Assembly (NCBI GenBank): GCA_030704615.1
Contig: CM060732.1
Coordinates: forward strand, 28,520,001-28,584,000
Direction of reading: 5' to 3'
From: Takakia lepidozioides
Lineage: Eukaryota > Plantae > Bryophyta
Length of the DNA stretch: 64,000 nt
Below the pieces are notes generated by a model. That model was not told where the DNA came from, made no database searches, and saw only the letters and a list, made by a program, of their open reading frames with translations. Numbering within the stretch: position 1 is the stretch's first letter; each line of letters begins with the position of its first letter. Of the stretch, positions 24,901 to 36,895 are shown piece after piece. Made by a program: the position numbers and the translations under genes.

Positions 24901-27523
24901 TTTAATTATTTTCTTGACATAGAATTATTAACCTCAATAATTCATTGTAGTGGATTAGGTGACAGACATCAAGCGTTTCTTACGAATGGCTCAAAATTCA
25001 AATGCATTTTCACTACCACCCGCCACGTTGCAGCGTGGTTTTCAGTTCATATTTGTACGATGCCTAAGTCTCTAGTTGATTTTGTCGCCGGGGTGTGTAG
25101 AAGAATTCCACAAATTAATATGAGAGCCTCTAGCCGTCCAGAAAGTTGGAGGACCAAGCTGCGTGTGAATCAGAATGTCACATGCAAAGGATGTTGCACC
25201 GGTCCCACGAGGAGTTGAAATCATGAAGAAAAATTGATTGTCTCTTTTCAAAATATCTAATCTAATAGATGCAAAACACACATCCCTCGTTTTATCTCCT
25301 TCAACAAATATATAAACAAAAATCATGTGCAAAGCTATTGTGGTCGGTGGATCTTTTATGGGATTGGACACGCTTACAACAGCTTTTCCATAAGTGCTAG
25401 AGAGCTGTGACATGTCCAGACAACACGAGAACTCCAGATGCATCAATCAGATGCAACTCCATCCAAACGGGACAAAGGTCGAGTTACTCAAATTAAAAAG
25501 ATAGAGGAAAAAATTAACCTAAACAGGGCCATAAGGTAACATTAATTGAAGAAGAGTTTTTAAATTGAACTGTATGTCATTCCTAGCCATGTGATATATG
25601 TAGACCCCATCCATTCATTTACTTTTGGGTTTTAGTACTTCCATGTGCAAAGAAACATTGTTTTTGGGATTTAGGTAGGTGGGCATTGCTTTGTGTAGTC
25701 TAGTGGAGGAGACGATAACTCCATGAAGAAAAAGCACACAATATTTACAAGTGACATGTTGTCATTTGTAATATATATACATATATATATTTTGTGATGT
25801 TGCTTGTTTGTATAAGTACTTCATCTTGGTTATATGATATACTTATTATAAATGACCTACATAATATTGGGGGTACATGTGTCATGTACATTGTATAACT
25901 GATTAAATTATTATATACCTATTTATAAATGATGCTATATAATTTTTTATCGTTTGTCGCATCCTTGTGATTTTTTATTGAGAACATTGCATTGCATGTC
26001 TAGCAATACAAAACATTCTAAGTTTTACGAACACAATATTTCAAACATTTATAAGTATTTAAGTACAGAAATGCATTGACTATATATCTATACATCGTCT
26101 CTAAATCATGCAGCCTATGTATAGGTCACTCAGGATATTTTTGAGTTCATGCGATACACATAAATGACCAATATAATAATAGGAGGTGCATGTTAGAACT
26201 TAGAATGAATATTGAATTATAAAATCGAATATGCATATTAAAATGATATTTGCTATTCATTTTTTCAATTTGATCTCCCAAATCCATGTGTTTTTTTAAA
26301 ATTTAAAACAACTTATGCACGACAATGAAAAATATTCTACTTATGAGACTATGTACACATAAATGATCAATATAATAATAGAAGGTACATGTAAGAATAG
26401 GGAATTGTGATATTTTATATGCATTTTAGAAGGCTGTTATAGAATAGATTTTAATTGGATCTGTCACATATTTATAATTATTTTTCGTTAAAAATATTTC
26501 ATTGTATATCTGTCAATACAAAAATTCCAAGTATTATGAACCAATTATAAAACTATAGAGTATACGTGCACACATATTATTAGATCCAATTGTTCTTTAT
26601 CACAATTCCTATGCATCCATCCTATGCATAGGTTACTCATAATCTTCTTGAATTCATGGGATACAAATAAATGATCTATATAATAATAATAGCAAGTGCG
26701 TGTACGAGTGAATATTAAATTATGAAATCTTATCTGCATTTTAAAATAAATTTGTTATTTTTTTATAATCCGGTCTCACACATCCTTGTATCTTTAATTA
26801 AAAAATAACTTATTGCAGGACAATGAAAATATTCTACTTATGAGACTCTGTATACAGAAATGACCAATATAATAATAGAAAACTCCTGTAAGAGTGAACA
26901 TTGAATTGTGATATTTCATATGATTTAATAAGGCTGTTATAGGATAGATTTTAATTCAATCTCGACCCCTTTGTGTTTTTTTTTGTTTTTTGTTTTAATT
27001 TTTTTGGAGAAGAGGGCTTAGCCTCAGAGCTTTATTTGAATTATTGAAGGGAAAAAAATTAAAACCCTTTGATGCCCGAAGGCTGCCATAAGGCTTAACA
27101 CACGACAGGGCGTGACGGATGTCCCGATGAACTAAGACTGTACTGCAGAACCTTCCTGCAGGACCAATTACCGAAACCGATGACTGAAACTAGTTTCGAG
27201 AAAGCAGAAATAACGTGGGACAAGCCTAATGCTTGTAGCCTTGAAGAGGCTCTGGAGCTACTTAGTGCATAGTAGATAAGCAATGGGGACCAATCTCTCC
27301 ATGATGAAGATCTCCTTTGCAAAGAACCATTGTAGAGAGCAAAGAAAATCTAAGTGCAGAATTGGAGAGGAGGGGAGATCTATCTGTAGAGCAGCTTGGT
27401 CCTTTTGCCCGTCTTCACATGCTTCCAGTTGATATCCTTATCAAACTCAGGAGAAGCGGAAGAGGAGGGCCCTGTGGTGTTGCCATTGGGGGGGGATTTC
27501 CCCAGGCCAGACACAATCTCCCG

Positions 27524-28185
27524 CTTACTCGGCTAAGAAGGCATATAGGGCCCTTGCAAATGCCAAATCCCTTCCGGGCAAATGGAACGCAAGATGGCAG
27601 CATGAATACTTCCACGAGTAAAATTGGGGAGACATCTGGAAACTCATTTGGGAAAAATCTAAGCCCGCAAAAATTAGCGCCTTCCTCTGGCAGGTAGCAA
27701 ACAGGGTGCTCAAGGTCGGTCACTTTCTCAATTTCCCGGAGGCCCTGCTTTGCTCATGCTGTCAATCAAGGACCATCGAGACACTGGAACAAATGCCTCA
27801 TTCATTGTTAGGCACCCCATTTGTTATGGCCATTTATTGACTCGTTTTATAGTGCTTCATGGGAAGCGTTCCCCTCCAACCAGGTGGTAATACTTCTCAA
27901 CTATGACAGGACTACCAAATCCATAGCAAATGACTGTCCAGTCTATGAAGCCTTGAGGGGATACACTCTATGGCATCTATGGAAAGCCAGATGTTCCTGG
28001 TCCTTGGATAATGTCAACTCCACGGCCACTGCTACACTCACAAACATATTTTTTGATCTTACCATAGCAACTAAACTTGCTTGGGAAAAAGTGCGTGCAG
28101 GCATCGTCAAACACCCAGAGCAGCAACATGCCCTCATCAGTTCCTTCAGGGGCACTTGGGGCAGAAACGACGTCATCTGCACTTG
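27524..28185 (+). pseudogene. L1 ORF2 zf-RVT/C-terminal segment, inverted relative to the rest of the L1
   Basis: YSAKKAY, WKLIW, PAKISAFLWQV, CSCC..ETLE, LWHLWKARC, all on the plus strand. Confidence 0.8.
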
Positions 28186-29303
28186 GTGTCCCCAAATTTC
28201 CACTGCCACTCTCCAGGGTCTATTTGCAGGTCCTGGAGAGGCATGCCACCAATCCAGGCAAAGGAGACAAAGAGAAGCCAAAGAAAAGGAGTTCCCTCCG
28301 GGGCAGAAGGGTTGAAATCTTTGGCAGGGGAGGACCACAGGCAGATTCTTGCCGGCAAGGCATCTGTGCAGCATAGACTTTGGGTAGTGTTTGAGAAGAG
28401 TGTCAAGAACCTTGAAAAGGTATCCGCTTTGAATGCATAGCCAGTTAGTATGCCATGTTTCACTTCTGTAATGTACATTATTGAGTAGGGTTTTCCAGAA
28501 GCCACAACCCAATTATGAGGAGAATGCAGGGGTTGACCATTTTGCATGATCAGTTTCCAGGAGTTTGGGATATTTGTGACAATGGAGTCGATGCCGGATG
28601 TTAGCCTTCTTGCACCCAGGGCCGCTTGAAGGGATTCAGTGGAGCTTGCCCACAGGTGGGCAATATGAGAGTATCCTCTGGTTTCCCACTTTGCCCACCT
28701 CTTGGCCTGAGTGCGCTGCAAGGGGGATGGGGTAGCCTCATTGAGATTGAGGTGTTGCCTCATTGTCTCTTGGAAAGATGTAGGTTCTGATTTGAGTAGG
28801 AAGGGTCTAAATTTATTCCATGCTTCCCAGATTGATACCCAAAGGGGTGAACCAATGGATTTGTGCCTAAACCCTTGAGTTATCCACCTCATAGACGGTC
28901 TCCATTGGGTGTGACTTAGTGGGGAGCTGAGTGAGATAGCCTGTCCAACCAGTAATTTCCACCAACCCCCCTCTGGCCCAAGGAACCTTGGTAACCATTT
29001 TCCCAAGAGTGCCAGGATTTGACTTGCTGGATCGAGCACTCCCAGTCCTCTTTTTTCCTTTGGAAGGCAGATTTGCTTCCATGAGACCTGTGGCCTCTTG
29101 TTTTGGGTGGTCGATTGGGCACCCCAAATGAAGTTCCGGATGCATCTCTTAACCTCTCCTAGAAATTCAGGGTCAGACTTCCAGATGGCTGCGAAATACC
29201 AGATCCCTGCCTGGAGGATCTGATTTGCGATGAGAGCTCTACCTGTTATGGTAGAAAACACGAGCCCAATATGCCGGCTGTCTCTTAAGAGCTGTCAGCG
29301 TAG
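28186..29303 (-). pseudogene. L1 ORF2 post-RT region
   Basis: GRALIANQIL, RNFIW, VSWKQICLPKEKRGLGV, LLGKWL. Confidence 0.9.
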
Positions 29304-29917
29304 CTACGGCGTGAGCCCAGCCTCGTGAGCCTGGGAGCTGAGCTCACGCTTCAGGGAAGCGTGAGCGGCACAAATCTGCTAGAGAAGCAGGTCCTATAGG
29401 CGAGGATTGCAGGAAGGGGGCCTATTACCGTGGACAAAACAAAGGGGGCCACCATGCACCATGTCTGCAATGCCTACACAAAAAAAGGAATATGAAAATA
29501 TGGCAGATTTGAGCTCACAATGATTGACACACTTTATTTCGATTCACAGATAGACGCTTACAATGAATGGCATGTGCGTTTGCCCTGGTTCCGTGAACAA
29601 AATGTATGTGTTTGTCCTAAATGCAAAGTCTTCACACGATAACCTGGAAACCAGCATGGGAAGTGGGCATGGCTTGTATGTGTTCACAGAGAATCTGGCG
29701 GAGCCCTACGTGAGCTGTCTCGCTGCAGAAGGGTGATGACTTCTCCGTAGCCTAGTGTGGCTTGCTGAATGAATTGGTCTCTCTTACCGTCGCAGCACAT
29801 AATTACAAGGTATATGTAATATTGATGCTTGTAGGGGACCCACTTCCCTCTCATGCCGAGAGCGCCCTCACGCATCGTTCTAAAATCCGGACAAGTGCAC
29901 GTAAGGAAATTCCCCAC

Positions 29918-30644
29918 TGTCGCGGCCCTTTGCCTTGAGGGCAAGGGGTCGGGACACAGAAGGGGCTGCCCCTGTGGTGGGGGCAGTAGCAGCGATAGGT
30001 ACGGGGGCTGAAGCACCCTTGAGTGCCCAAGGCACTCAAGGAGGCAGAGGCGCTCACTAGGCGGAGCCCCGCACACCGGGTTGCGGTGGGGGTGGCTCCA
30101 CAAGGGGTGGTGGTAGCTTAAGCGGGACTTAGTGGGGGTGGCATAGGACTCACCATGGGGTGGAGACCTCGTGGTGGGAGTCGTGGGGAGTCTTGGGACT
30201 CATCACGGCCCAAGGGGGTCGTGGTGAGTGGGCCAAGACTCACCGCGACTCACCACCGGGAGTCGAGGGTTTTCGTGGTGGTTCGCCATAAAATGGCATG
30301 GTTGTTTGTGAAACCCCCGCGGACAGCTACAGAAGTATATATAGGGAGTAGTAACCCCGAGAATGGTGCAAGCCCGTTGGTGACCAAAAACTAGTGAGTA
30401 AGCGAGCGAGCCGGAAAGCGACCAAAGAGTGGGGAGCTGTTCCGGACTGCCAACTACCAAAGGGAATTTCCCGCTGGGCCCAAATCGATGGAGGGTTCTT
30501 TGGGAGATCAAAGGGGGACCGTTATGCCCCGGTGAGCAGCCGAAGCTCCAAGTTGGCCCGACGGCCAGGTTGGGAGTCAGGCACGCGCATCAAAGCGAGT
30601 AACTATGACTTGAAGGGGAGCTTACCGAAGTGAGGTGCGCGACA
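29918..30644 (+). repeat. 5' LTR
   Basis: Direct repeat of 36169-36895; about 6 substitutions seen by eye. Confidence 0.97.
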
Positions 30645-30699
30645 CTTGGTATCAGAGCTTAGAGTTCAGTACGCGATCGTCCTTGGGATTGGCCTCATC

Positions 30700-33600
30700 A
30701 TGGGGTCGGGCAAGCCAAAGCGAAAGCGAAACGGCCCAAAAGATGATGATCCTGGTGAGCCCGATGGGGGCGACGTGTCACCGAAGCGGCCGTTTGAGGA
30801 AGCGACGCAGGTTTCTGAAAACGAGGCCGCTCAAGAGCGTAAGGAATCCGAGGAGTTGGAGCCCGAGGAATCCCTGAGAGCTCCGACAGACCAACAGATG
30901 CCTCCCATGCCGACAGCTTTTTGGGAAGAGTTGTTGGCGCAGTTTGGCGGGACGTTGAAAGACGTGTTGAAGGCGGCTAATGCCACTTCCACTAAGGCAA
31001 AGTTTAAGGTGGAGCCTAAGGAACCCAGCACCTTCGAGGGCGTCCGAAATCGGAAGGCACTCAACACCTGGCTCTTGGAGCTAGAGCAGTACTTCCGGGC
31101 GGCCAAGTTGAGTGACGAGGATCGGGTGGAAGTGGCTCCCAGCTATTTGAGGGGCTATGCTCAACAATGGTGGCAGAAACGCCTTCACGACCAAGGTCCA
31201 AGCCCGGAAACCTTGAACTGGAGTGGGTTCAAGGAATTGATGAAGAGACAGTTTGTGCCCCTCAACGCGTCCTGGCTTGCCCGGGACAAGATGAGGAATT
31301 TGAAGCAAACAGACGACATTCGGGGATATGTCCAGGCTTTCAATGTGCTTTTGCTCGAAGTCGCGGACATGGCATAACCGGAAATGGTCTTCAACTTTGT
31401 GGCGGGACTGGCCCCATGGGCCAGGCGGAAGTTGGAGGAGAAGCCACCTAAGACTTTGAACGAGGCAATTGAGAGGGCTGAATGTTTCTCAGATGTCCCT
31501 AAGGGTGAAAGACAAGGCCGTAGGGAGCTGAACCACAAGAAGACCCGGCGGGAAGGTGACTCCTTCCGACCGGAAAAGAAGTGGGATAGGCCACGCGGCG
31601 ACAATGGCACGTGGAAATCGAAGGGAGGGCCTTCACACGTCAAGGCGGCACCCGGTGCTTCGAAAGAAAAAGCGGGTGGAGCGGCTTATGGCGGACAGAA
31701 GGCGACCTTTGATGGAGTGTGTTTCAATTGCGGAGAGCCCGGGCACATGGCCAAGAAGTGCACGAAACCCCGACAATTGAACATGACTCGGGCAACCACG
31801 GAGCTGTCGGAAGATACCATCAGTCGCTTGGTGGAAGCGGTGGTCGCGAGGACTTGCAAGGTAGGCAAATATTCTTGTGAGTTGTATCAGGAAACTAGCG
31901 CATTGCGTAAAGGGAGTCAGTTATTGTTCGTGGATGGGATAATATCCAGAACTAACGTGTCATTGTTGGTGGACACAGGAGCGTCGCGCTCCTTCATGAC
32001 ACTGGCAATGGCACAAAAGCTGGGACTCCCGACAACTGACGTAGGGGCCTCTATTGAGGTGCGTTCTGCCAAAGGAGAACCGCAATTGGCGACGAGGTTG
32101 GCGTTCGATGTTCCTCTTCAACTGGGGAGTTGGGAGGGACGTGAGAACTTCACCGTCTGCGAGATCGATGGAGTGGATCTCATTTTGGGGATGACCTTTT
32201 TGAGCAGATCCGGAGCGGTCATAGATGGCCGCAAGAGGGTAGTCACGCTGCCATGTTGGAATGGTGGCGAGGTCTTACGAGTTTCGGAAACGCCCAAACT
32301 CGTGGGAGGGCGAATAAACCTTCTGTTAGCAAGGGAGTGGGCCGTGGAGGAGGCACACGAGCCCCAGTTTTTGCTCTACATTAGAGAAGTGAAGGGAGAA
32401 GGCGATGGAGAGCCGAGCCCAGATTGGATCAAGGGGATTTTGGAGAAATACCATGATGTGATGCCGGAGGATTTGCCAAGCGGCTTGCCACCGTGAAGAG
32501 GAGTTGACCACAAGATTGAGGTGATACCGGGATCGGAACCGCCTGCCAAGGCGCCCTACCGGTTGAGCCACAGAGAGTTGGTCGAGCTGAAGACTCAGCT
32601 CAAGGATCTAATGTCAAAGGGGTACATCCGGCCGAGTAAGTCACCTTACGGAGCCCCGGTGCTATTTGCAGACAAGAAGGATGGGACGCTGCGGATGTGT
32701 GTCGATTACAGGGCTATGAATAAGGTGACTATAAAAAACCGGTACCCTTTGCCAAGGATCGACGACCTCTTCGATCGATTGGCAGGAGCGAAGTATTTCA
32801 GCCGGATCGACTTGCGCTCCGGCTATCATCAAATTCGGGTGGCGGAAGGAGATGAGGAGAAAACCGCGTGCAGGACAAGGTATGGTTCATATGAGTTCTT
32901 GGTGATGCCTTTTGGGCTCACCAATGCACCAGCGACATTTAGCACGCTGATGAACAGCCTTTTCCAGGAGTGGTTGGATAACTTTGTGATCGTGTACATC
33001 GACGACATCTTAGTGTATTCGAAAACAAATGAGGAGCACTTGGAGCACCTCAAAAGGGTGTTCCAGAAATTGCGGGAAGGGAAGCTGTATGCCAAAGCTT
33101 CAAAGTGCAAATTCGGGGTCACAAAAGTGGAGTTCCTGGGGCATGTGATTACACAGGATGGGATCAAATGGATGACAGAAGGTGAGGGCAATTTTGGACT
33201 GGGAGCCTCCGACTTCGGTCCCGGGAGTGCGATCTTTCTAGGACTCGCCTCCTATTACCGGAAGTATGTGAAAAATTTCGCCAAATCGCGGGGCCGCTGT
33301 CAGACCTTCTGTGTAAATCTAAAGTCTGGGCATGGAACACCTTTTGTGGCCAAGCTTTTGCTGAATTGAAGCAGCGGATGGCGGAAGCTCCAGTCTTGAA
33401 AATCCCGGAGTTCGATCGTCCATTCGAGATACATACAGATGCGTCGGACTTCGCGATTGGGGGTGTACTAATGCAAGATGGACGTCCAGTGGCTTACAAA
33501 AGTAAGAAACTGAATGAAGTGGAGCGACGGTGGCCGACGCACGAGAAAGAGATGAAGGCGGTGGTGCACTGTCTTGAGCTTTGGCGCCACTATGTTGGTT

Positions 33601-35255
33601 CCAACCCAGTGAAGGTGTTCACGGACAATGTCACGGTGAAGTATTTTGCCACGCAGCCCAAGTTGTCCCCAAAACAACTTAGGTGGCAAGATACTTTGGC
33701 GGTGTTCGACGTGGATATCCAGTACAAACCGGGACGAGACAACGTGGTGGCCGATGCTTTAAGTAGAAAGCAGCAGCTCTTGTTGGTGTACAAGGACGAG
33801 ACGGCGCTCCAAAGGAAGATCCGAAAGGCTTGCCGGAAGGATGAGCTGGCGAAGTCCGTGATGCAGGACTTGAGGATGGGGGTTAAATCGCAGTTCCACT
33901 TGCAAAATGGACTGCTCCGGTATAAGCAAAAACGTCTCTACGTGCCGAAGGGAGGGATCAGAGATAGCCTCTTGAGAGAATGCCATGATAGCCCGCTTGC
34001 GGGCCACGGCGGAGCCAATCGCACTGCGGCACTCTTGAAGAAAGAGTATTTTTGGCCCAAACTGAGGGAGGAGGCAAAGGAGTATGTTAAGACATGCACC
34101 ACATGCCAACAAAACCGGAGCGAGTACAAAAAGCAAGCGGGGCTGTTACAACCCTTGCCGATTCCAGAGGGGACTTGGGAAAGCGTCTCGATGGATTTCA
34201 TGACTGCTATGCCGCTGTCAAAGGATTCGATGCAATCATGGTGGTGGTGGATAGGTTCAGTAAAATGGGCCATTTCATCCCCACCAAGGAGACGGCAACG
34301 GCGCAGGAGACAGGGCGACTTTACTTTGCCCACGTCTTAAAGCATCATGGAGTCCCGAAGGATATTGTCTCGGACCGCGATCCAAAGTTTACGAGTAAAT
34401 TTTGGAGGGCACTTTGGAAGAAGATGGGGACGAGGCTGAAGATGAGCACCGCCTTCTGACCTACGACCGACGGCCAAACAGAAAGAGTGAATTCCGTAGT
34501 GAAGCAGATCTTGCGGAATTACGTGTCGGCAGACCAAACAGACTGGGTGGAACACTTAGACGCGGCAGAGTTCTGTTATAATAACACAGAACACTCCGCA
34601 ACGGGAGTTTCCCCTTTTGTATTGGTCTATGGAAAAGCACCTCTGGTGCCGACAAGTTGGGCCGCCCAGGACGTTGAGGAACCGGCAGTAGCGGCGGTAC
34701 TGGAAGAACGCGAGCGTTTGTTGAAGCTCGCAAAGTACAACATTGCCAAAGCTAGGAAACGGTATGAAAGGCAGGCGAATCGGAAGCGGAGGGAAGTGAA
34801 GTTTGAGGCAGGCACGGAGGTCTGGTTGAACATCAAGAATTTTCGACTACCTCCGGAATGAGTCCGAAGTTCGTACCTCCGTATGCGGGACCCTTTCGCA
34901 TTCGGAAGGTTATGAATGAGGATGTGTATGAATTGGAGCTGCCGGCAAACAGCAAGGTGCACCCAGTATTCCATGTCTCCTTTTGAAGCCTTACTTCAAA
35001 GATGAAGCGCGTCCGAATCGGCATCAAGTGTTGCGTCCGCCACCTATGCTGTTGGATCATGAAAATGAACCTGAGTACGAGGTGGAGGCAATACTTAAGT
35101 CGAGGAGGTTCAAGAACCGAGAAACGGAGTATCTCGTCAAATGGAAGGGCTATCATCATGTGGAGGCATCTTGGGTGCGTGCCTCAGAAATGGGAAACGC
35201 ATCCGAGGCGGTTGCAGCTTTCGAAGGGCGACCTCAAAAGCGGAAGAAGCGTTGA
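30700..35255 (+). pseudogene. gag-pol: Gag, CCHC knuckle, protease, RT, RNase H, integrase, chromodomain
   Basis: CFNCGEPGHMAKKC, LVDTGAS, YIDDIL, TDASDFAIG, HDSPLAGH..CTTC, SDRDPKF, EYEVEAIL..EYLVKWKGY..SW. Confidence 0.95.
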
Positions 35256-36168
35256 TGGGGACATCAACCTTGGAGCGTGGGGGAGGAAATGCATGCTTAG
35301 CCCGGCTTAGCTAGCTTAGGAATCCGATTGCAAAAACTTGTATTGTACAAAACGTGCTATAAATGAAATGGCTTCCAAATGTTGTGCGTCCTATTTTGTT
35401 TGGAATGGTGATGCATGGTATGGTGATGCATGGTATGGTTGGCTAGTGTGTAGAATGCATGCTAGCTTATAAAAGTGGGAGAGGTAAATTGGGTTAATCG
35501 TGTGTTTGCGTAAATCGGGTGACCCCCATCCAAGGGGCAAGGAAACTTGCACCTTCTTGGGGAGTTCACGTGCTAGTGCGCACCTGGCGCGTGCGCGTAC
35601 TATAACTGCGCTACCGAGGGGGTTGCCTTGTAGTGCGGGCTAACGCGGAAGCTACGTGCTTCCGTTCACGTACTATAATCGTGTAGCCTCGGGACGAAGT
35701 CGTAGTGCGGCTTCGGCGTGTTCCCGTACCTCAGGCCAGCATTCCAAGGCGGACCCAATTGTAGTGATTGGGGCGCACGGTTGGTTCAAGGTTATCTTCC
35801 TAGTCAAAAAGGGTTCCAGGTGAACCCTTGCTCAAGGTGATGCCAAAAGCGGCATCATGAGCGGTCGCAAGCAATGTTGTTGCAGTAAGGCGATTCGATC
35901 CTCGGGGAGGATCGTTCCTTAGCCTTGAAGTAGGCCAAGAAGAGTGCACTGGGAGGAGCTGGAGAGGCTCCACCCTTGGCCGGGACTTGGAGGAAGTCGG
36001 CCGAACTAGCTAGTGGAGAGTAGAGTCAAGTGTGGGGTTTGGTTTTTTGCCATGGGACGCCATGGTGCGGACACAAACTCCTTGATGTGGGACGCCACAA
36101 CTTGGATGTTCGTTTCTACAAAATGGACAAGTCGATGAGGACATCGACTCCCTGTTGGTAGGGGTGTG

Positions 36169-36895
36169 TGTCGCGGCCCTTTGCCTTGAGGGCAAGGGGT
36201 CGGGACACAGAAGGGGCTGCCCCTGTGGTGGGGGCAGTAGCAGCGATAGGTATGGGGGCTGAAGCACCCTTGAGTGCCCAAGGCACTCAAGGAGGCGGAG
36301 GCGCTCACTAGGCGGAGCCCCGCACACCGGGTTGCGGTGGGGGTGGCTCCACAAGGGGTGGTGGTAGCTTAAGCGGGACTTAGTGGGGGTGGCATAGGAC
36401 TCACCATGGGGTGGAGACCTCGTGGTGGGAGTCGTGGGGAGTCTTGGGACTCATCACGGCCCAAGGGGGTCGTGGTGAGTGGGCCAAGACTCACCGCGAC
36501 TCACCACCGGGAGTCGAGGGTTTTCGTGGTGGTTCGCCATAAAATGGCATGGTTGTTTGTGAAACCCCCGCGGACAGCTACAGAAGTATATATAGGGAGT
36601 AGTAACCCCGAGAACGGTGCAAGCCCATTGGTGACCAAAAACTAGTGAGTAAGCGAGCGAGCCGGAAAGCGACCAAAGAGTGGGGAGCTGTTCCGGACTG
36701 CCAACTACCAAAGGGAATTTCCCGCTGGGCCCAAATCGATGGAGGGTTCTTTGGGAGATCAAAGGGGGACCGTTATGCCCCGGTGAGCAGCCGAAGCTCC
36801 AAGTTGGCCCGGCGGCCAGGTTGGGAGTTAGGCACGCGCATCAAAGCGAGTAACTATGACTTGAAGGGGAGCTTACCGAAGTGAGGTGCGCGACA
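36169..36895 (+). repeat. 3' LTR
   Basis: Direct repeat of 29918-30644. Confidence 0.97.

Larger units (their letters stand above)
17476..26975 (-). repeat. Right arm, inner part (pairs with ~6503-15982)
   Basis: Direct reverse-complement match. It ends where the L1 poly(T) tract begins. Confidence 0.97.
29918..36895 (+). mobile_element. Full-length Ty3/gypsy chromovirus (Galadriel-like), with stops and frameshifts
   Basis: 727-bp LTRs TGTCGCG...CGCGACA, 5-bp TSD CCCAC, tRNA-iMet PBS TGGTATCAGAGC at 30647-30658, G-rich PPT before 36169. Confidence 0.97.

Noticed and set aside
5812-26975. Whole palindrome as a chimeric-read artefact
   Set aside because: The outer arms are diverged, carry arm-specific insertions and are TSD-flanked. 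Only the near-identity of the inner arms remains open to an artefact explanation.
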